Assembly (NCBI GenBank): GCA_951406725.2
Contig: OX597814.1
Span: 209,560,001 to 209,624,000 of the forward strand
DNA length: 64,000 nucleotides
DNA from: Octopus vulgaris
Taxonomy: Eukaryota
Direction: 5' to 3'
Program-made: the position numbers and the translations under genes
In this document: positions 55,791 through 64,000 of the stretch, piece after piece
How the letters are laid out: every line of letters starts with the position of its first letter
Position numbering within the stretch: the stretch's first letter is position 1
Notes under the pieces: model-generated
The model's database searches: none
What the model was told of the DNA's origin: nothing
What the model saw: the letters and a program-made list of their open reading frames with translations, nothing else

Positions 55791-55824
<34 letters not shown>

Positions 55825-56092
55825 TGTATGTATGTATGTATGTATGTATGTGTATATGTTTGTGTGTCTGTGTTTGCCCCCCTCCCCAACATCGCTTGTC
55901 AACCGATGCTGGTGTGTTTACGTCCCCGTAACTTAGCGGTTCGGCAAAGGAGACCGATAGAATAAGTACTAGACATCCAAAAAAAAAAGTCTTGGGATTG
56001 ATCTGCTCGACTAAAGGTGGTGCTCCAGCATGGCCACAGTCGAATGACTGAAACAAGTAAAAGAGTAAAAGAGTAAAGGAGTAAAGAGAGTA
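55533..56092 (+). mobile_element. SINE family A with an expanded (TATG)n centre
   Basis: Aligns to the family. Confidence 0.93.
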
Positions 56093-57332
56093 AGATCAAT
56101 TTTAGTCTGCTGCACAGTTTCCACACCAAATTTGGTATCGTTTGTTCAATTATTAAATTCAAATTTATTTAAGTAATGAGATCTGATGATAAATAAACTC
56201 CTGACAAGAGAATGTATTGGCAAAGTTAACTATATTGACAATATGGCAGATGCCCTTAGGAAAACAGTATATTTTCATATTGCTATTATTGACATCAGAG
56301 GATCAAATCATTGGAAATAATAACATAAAGTAGAGCAATAGATAATTATAGTTATAATTATGGCAACTTCAAACTGATTTTGCGGTATGGTTCTCGGCAG
56401 AATTTCGTTAATAAATAAATATTACTAGAATTGATAACTACTACGTATTTGCCAACAATTTCTACACAAACACCGTTTGTCGTAAGTTTACAACTGAGAC
56501 TTGTGGTTGATAGTTTCGGGCACTTAAAGCCAGTAAACTGGAGTAAATGCGAAGAATAAAATCAAAAGCTTCCCATTTGATATGATTCTAGACTCTTACA
56601 TGTAATTTTCCTGTTGTAAGTTCAATACTTTTAAAGAAGAAAAAACGAAAACAATTTTGCCTATAGACCCAAATAATGCATAAAGTGCATTTGAGCTCCA
56701 ATTCCATAGCTGTTGTGTTTTAGGTTTTAGGTATTTAAAACATGTATATAAAGAGCCACAGAATCATTGTAATTACTCTTTTCCAGATGGCGTTGGCACA
56801 TGAGGTGAAGTAAAGGGGAAGGACAAATGTAGACAGGAAATGAGGTTAAGGGAAAATTTCTGCATTGCACATTTACAGAAGTGTCTCTTCCATATTTTTT
56901 AATGAGTGTGTAATATAAATTATAAACTAACATATTTTTTTACAGATACAAAAAGAAATCCACAAACTCGATAAAAGACATGAAATGCGGTAAGTATAAA
57001 TGGTAAGTGAAAAACAACAACATACAGATAGACAGGTAAAAAAAAAAGCATGCAAACAAATAATAGAAATAATAGAAATTAAAATAATGTAAAAGTGAAA
57101 AAAAAAATTACATATCAAATGTTGAAAGGCAGATAAAAATAAGCAAACTATAAAATAATCAACAATAAATAATAATGCTTCACTTATCGTAAAATATATA
57201 ACCCATCTTAGCACTTACAAAACAACTAAATCAGTAAACAGCGCAGAGTTAGATCACATCATATCATTTTGAAAAAACAAAAAAACAAAAAGAAAACAAC
57301 AGCAACAACAGCAACAGTAATAATGCTGTTGT

Positions 57333-57370
<38 letters not shown>

Positions 57371-57517
57371 GTGATGGTGATGGTGATGGTGATGGCTGTC
57401 GTTACAGTTTTGAATGGCAGCAGCATCGTCGATATTATCCTTGTGAATAATCATTATAACTATAATAGTCACCAATAGCAGAATCTACCAGTTTACCATC
57501 TAGAACACGAAACACAA

Positions 57518-58114
<597 letters not shown>

Positions 58115-58286
58115 CTTCTTCTCACTGTAACAGTAAAGACAAAAACAAGAAGAGCGACAATAGCAAGAGCAGCAACACCATAACAAAAGCCTATTTGAAA
58201 GAAACAAAAATGGAAATGTAGAATGAGAGTTCTATTTCTACTGTTTTTTTTTTCTGATTTTTTTTTCGTTTTTCGTTTTTTTAAAA

Positions 58287-58365
<79 letters not shown>

Positions 58366-58764
58366 GACAGTTTGGTAGCAAAAAGAATAAAGGAAATAAG
58401 TTACAATAAAAACAGACTCTGCTATAAACGTCTCGAACGGAAATAAGAGGCAATATTGATATTAGCTGAGCGCGCAAAGGGAGATCAATACGATGTGTAT
58501 TGGACGAATGCCAGTTGATGTTTTCAGCATGCAAACTTGTAATGGAATGTGAATAAATTAATCCTCCATCAGACACACCACCTCAGCTTGCTTTAAATTC
58601 AAACAACATGCAAACAAAACGAGCGTGTTCGTACACACGTAGATAGAGATATATATATTCACATTCAGGTACAAACGCATATATACTTACATATATACTT
58701 ACATACATCTATAGACACACTTGCTTATGTGCAAACCGTCCTTATAAATACACAAACGATTACG

Positions 58765-58827
<63 letters not shown>

Positions 58828-59197
58828 GTGAATCACGACACGCACATTATTCACCCTCGCACAAAAGGTTGATAGATATATAATGCGATAAATCACGCCA
58901 CGTATTTCTACACCTATAAATTTGGCTTCTATATGTTCCAGAAAGACGCACACACACTCATACAAGCGTACATACATACATATATGCATACGTACGTACA
59001 TACATACATGCATGCATATATACATACATACATACATACGTACATACATATATACATGCATGCATACATACATACATACATACATATATACATGCATGCA
59101 TACATACATACATACATACGTACGTACATACATACATACATAAATACATACATACATACATACATACTTACATACATATATACATGCATGCATACAT

Positions 59198-59228
<31 letters not shown>

Positions 59229-60248
59229 TACATGCATACATACATACATACATACGTACGTACGTACGTACGTACATACATAATGCGTACATACATACAT
59301 ACATACATACGTACGTACATACATACATGCATACACACATACACATATATAAGCACGTGTGTCTATCTGCCCGTATGTATGTCCGTATGTCTGTCTGCCG
59401 ATACGTATGTACAAACATATGTAAATATGCGGGACGCCAAACAGAACGATTGCCAATAGTTTCATTATAAGAACTGATATGTAATGTGTGTAACATATAT
59501 TTTCACTTATTCAAATTTACTTGAGGGCTTTACGGCTTTTGAAAGATATAGCTGGCAGACCGTACTATCTGCACCCCCAACCTCGTATACAATTATCAGC
59601 GTAGCATTATTTGATAAACGTAATGCTGGGTTGTTTATTGAAAACGAAATTATACTGTGGGACCTCCGATGCAGTTTGTGTTCTAGCGAAACATGAGACG
59701 CATAAAACGAATTTCCCTGTTAGAGCTTCCATGTTTGTGTGCAGCTGAACTGTGTAAAGTATTCACGTCTACATAACCTTGTAGCGTATATGCGTGTGTA
59801 TGTGTCCGAGTGTGAGTCTATTTGTGTATGAGTGTGTACGTGTGTGCGTGTGTGTGTGTGTTTGTGAACTGCGCATACTTTTGGCTCTCTTTTAAAAAAC
59901 ATCAGAACCATTGTATTTTCTGCAAGAGCTAATTTAAGAAGAGAAGCAAAATTATGTGATTTGGACACAGGCCCACGACTGCGAGAGCGTTTATTCTATC
60001 AACCTTGTAAGAATGAGAGACCTTGTCGTAATATAATTATCAAAACTTAATAATGGCGTCTATCTGTAAGCTTGCTTTCATTACGATTTAAACAATTTTG
60101 TGTTTTGGGGGAAAAACTTCATTCAATTGCTTTAAGTGTTTAGAGTACGCGAAAAGACTGAGCATGTATTTTTTCTGTGTATTTCCACAAAATTTTCTCA
60201 TCTGAATATTATCTGGACCTCTAAAAAGCAGAAGTGAGTTTAAATAGG

Positions 60249-60571
60249 AGCACTTCGTCGGTTACCACGACGAGGGTCCCGGTCGATACGATCAACGGAA
60301 CAGCCTGCTCGAGAAATTAACGTGCAACTGACTGAGCAATCCACAGACACGTGTACCACTAACGTAGTTCTCAGGGAGATTCAGCGTGACACAGAGTGTG
60401 ACAAGGCCGGCCCTTTGAAATACAGGTACAACTCATTTTTGCCAACTGAATGAACTGGAGCAAAGCGAAATAAAGTGTCTTGCTCAAGGACAAATTGCGT
60501 CGCCGGGAATCGAACTCACGACCTTACAATCGTGAGCCGAATGCCCTAACCACTAAGCCACGCGCCTTCAC
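60249..60571 (-). mobile_element. tRNA/CORE-type SINE sharing the 3' tail of family C
   Basis: Head GGCGCGTGGCTTAGTGGTTAGG..GAGTTCGATTCC, CORE-like TCCTTGAGCAAGACAC..AAAAATGAG, then the GTACCTGTATTTCAAAGGGCCGGCC..CCGACG tail seen in 26848-27234. Confidence 0.9.
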
Positions 60572-60858
60572 AGGAATTTACTACTCAGATCTATCACATA
60601 AACAGGACAGACCAGCAATCACACATACAAATATTTTACCGTATAAAAAAATATTAATTTACGTAGACGCTGAAATTGAGTCTTTTGTTCCAACACAGGC
60701 TCACCCAATAACTGTTCTCCTCACGTTTTTAGTACTGGCTTGCATTTGCCAAATCTCACTTCGACCAAATTATAAGCCCTTTGACTGCAAACGTCTGATA
60801 ACACCTTCCCACTCCTTCCATGTGTTCTTTACAGGTATTAAAGTATATAACTTCGGGT

Positions 60859-62235
60859 TGAACGTCCAAAAGCTTACCCAGTCTGGGTAGGGCACAATAA
60901 CCACAAAATTATGGTGACTGATTCTTTAGTTTGGTTTCAAGGACAACAAAAAAAGAAATGTTTTTATTGGGGATGGTTTCAGAAAATTTGATTTCAATTT
61001 CCCTGAAAAATCTCTTTTGAGAATGAATAAGAGTTGAAAATGCTACAGATTTTTTGCACCATCTTTTGATACCGAGTACCCCTAACATTTTCAAGACCTC
61101 TTCCGTGACAGGTGGGGTGGGGGAGCAGTAATTTAAATACATAGCCAACTGATTGAATCTGAATCGACAACTCTAAGGGCTGTCAAAGGCCAGACTATGG
61201 TGTTTGAATTGGGTGACAGATCGTATCTATTGTCCACGAGAAAGATGAGTTCAGTTAAGTAATTATATTTACCAAGAACTTGTAGGAAAGTTATGAAACA
61301 TTCTCTAAAATACAGTTAAAAGTTCGGTATCAGATGGATTTTATTTTCGTGTGAGAAGAACACGTCATGAGAACTTTCAGACTGACAAAGTGTGATGATA
61401 GAGAACTAAAGTCTGTGAAAGTGAATTTTTAATATGGCTTCTACTTCTCTCAGAATCTAAGGAAAACTAATGTGAAAAGAGAGTCACTGTCAATAGTTAG
61501 ACAAGTGAGAAGAGGTCATAAATATCAAAATATTCGTATATAAAGCAGGTGTATTTTCCTACGATGTAAATTTTTAGCTACAAGCTAAATCTTGTTATTC
61601 GTGTAACGAAATATTTCGTAGACCTAAGTATTGAAAGGTATAATCATGTTACATTAAAAGTTACTTTACTCAGCAAATATTCAGCACTCTCTATTTTGGT
61701 CTGTCTACCTGCCGCAATCATATTCGATATCTCAATGAAAGCTTCGGTAAGTGTAAGTACTAAGTTGTTAAAAATTTACTGCTGCGTTAAAGAAGTCTGA
61801 CATAAAATATGTAATAACTATCAATAAATAAAAATTGTTATTTTACGTAAATAAATTTTATCTCCATATATTTCAAGTCCATTTCAATTCTTAGCGTATG
61901 ATGAAATACAAGCACATCTTTTAACATGGGATTAGCTACTCAAGTATTTTTTCCGAAGTTAAATATTTGACTTGAAAGTTTTGCTTGATCCCTTCATCCT
62001 TGTGTAAATACAACTGTGAGAGGCAAGCAAATGAACGTCCAAAAGCTTACCCAGTCTGTGTGGGGCACAATAACCACAAAATTATGGTGACTGATTCTTC
62101 AGTTTGGTTTCAAGGACAACAAAAAAAGAAATGTTTTTATTGGGGATGGTTCCAGAAAATTTCATTTCAATTTTCCTGAAAAATCTCTTTTGAGAATGAA
62201 TAAGTATTCAAAATGCTACAGATTTTTTGCACCAT
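60859..62235. repeat. 204-bp direct repeat pair (60859-61062 and 62032-62235)
   Basis: Two highly similar copies, TGAACGTCCAAAAGC...TTTTTTGCACCAT. Confidence 0.93.
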
Positions 62236-64000
62236 ACATACATACATACATACGTACATACGTACGTACATACATACATACATACATACATACATACATA
62301 CATACATAAATACATACATACGTACGTACATACATACATACATACATACGTACGTACATACATACATACATACGTTCATAATAATAGAATAGAAATGTTC
62401 TGAGATTTTCCAGATTTATCTTAGTTCTAAGTGAATTCTTCGAACAAGGTACATTATTCAATATGTTTGGAATTGCAGAAATGAGAAGTAATAAGATTTT
62501 AACCATTTTCCAAGATAATTAGTTTTGGTTGGGGGAAATGGCATGACCTGGCCACAAAAGCAACATGACAATGTTGGTACTTCAAGACTTTTTCAAAGCT
62601 CATCACATTCTGTTTGAAGTCATGGATTTCCAACTTTGGGCCAAGGTAAATTATTCTTATAAATGTTATATACACATTCGTCCTCACACATTTCGAGCAC
62701 GGATAGTGACGGAGCGATGGAAGCAAAACAAAGTGAATCAGGGGTAACAGAAAATCATTGCAACACACAGTTCCACTTTTTATTCCACATTGAGCCGGAT
62801 TAATCTGTAGTGCGCAACTAGTGTAGATCTGATTTAGTTAATGGTGTAGTACATAATGTAAGTTTAATAGTACAATGAGTAAACCAAGGCTTGAATAATA
62901 CCAAGATGCCTGCAAATGCATTAGTAAAAATGTTAAAAGAAACTGAAAGGTATCATATAATAGTTTTGCCCGGTGATTTAAAAAAAATGCATTTGGCTCA
63001 AATTGTATATGATTGAAAAAAAGCATTAATCACGGTTGCAGTAACTTGCATCATGGGGAATAAGACGAATGAAATATAATAGCAAAATAAAAATAATAAT
63101 AATAATAATAATAAGCAAACAAAGCAAAAAACCCCTAAAATAAAGAAGGAAAAGCAGCAAGACAAATAAAGTAGAAAATACCTCCTCACCCTCGAAAAAC
63201 CCCCAAACAAACTAGATATATATCAAAATAAAATGCAATCAAGAGTTTGCTAATTAATTGTGACTAAATTCAATTAAAGATTTCAGTTGTAAGTCACGAC
63301 AACAAGGCTAGTTGCAGTATTTCTTTTACAGATATCCATTTATATGTTAGAGCGGCCTTTAAATATAAAGAAGAGGAATGTTCACATATCTCAGTGACTG
63401 ATCATATATTTTGCTGTATTTAAATTTTTTTTTTTGCATTTGATTTTGAATCCAAAGAATGTGGTCGGAAATAAATACTGTTTTTATCTTATTTTACTCC
63501 ACAGGTGATAATTGCCTAATAATCACACCATATATCATGCATTTATCATTAGCTACAGCAGGTGGGGGAAATATATGAAGATTGCGTGATCTGTTGACAT
63601 TTTTCGATGCACGCAGTATATGTAATGGAGATAGATACTTAATGCAAAAGACTTGCTTTACATGCAAGCAAAGAAAAATTATTTGCTCGAAGAAATAACA
63701 ACAACACATAAAATAGAAACAAGAAATACGCAAGAGACACGAAATACGAAAAGATGTAGTCTTCAAATGATTGTCGTTTTGTGCTTAATAGAAAAATATA
63801 AACATGCCAAATACCGCATGGCATATATAACATAAATGTCAATTTGTAGATTTGTTTAACTACTATTTTAACAGAAAAATAGAAGTTTCTATTTGTAGCG
63901 AAGCGATCGTATCGATAATTTGTAAGATGCATATCAAATGTAACACGTACGATGTTATTTTAATGTCTTTCTAGATTATAGTTGGTAATATCTAAATTTG

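Noticed and set aside
56760-56810. Acceptor-like TTACTCTTTTCCAG-ATG.. micro-exon (a similar acceptor lies at 53870-53881)
   Set aside because: Weak or absent donor, no recognisable peptide and no neighbouring exons.

Overview
AT-rich, microsatellite-saturated eukaryotic non-coding DNA. The SINE families and repeat spectrum point to an octopus (coleoid cephalopod); this is inference from recalled repeat sequences. I find no convincing host protein-coding gene, and nearly all listed ORFs are translations of microsatellites or SINEs. The window holds about 25 tRNA-derived SINE copies of three families, two decayed mariner transposons, several decayed R4/Dong-type RLE LINEs, Helitron/Helentron relics, a MITE, and a young 14 x 131-bp satellite amplified from a dead LINE ORF. 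The most striking signal is a set of short non-coding elements, mostly sitting in or next to (TA)n/(CA)n tracts, that carry type I hammerhead-ribozyme (HHR) motifs. Some are solo 200-270 bp units and five are head-to-head fold-backs, as expected for Penelope-like element (PLE) termini or metazoan retrozymes. Also present are an apparent partition of microsatellite types among retroelement classes, a TSD-flanked SINE-flank-SINE composite, and two inverted locally templated insertions. All alignments and folds were done by eye.
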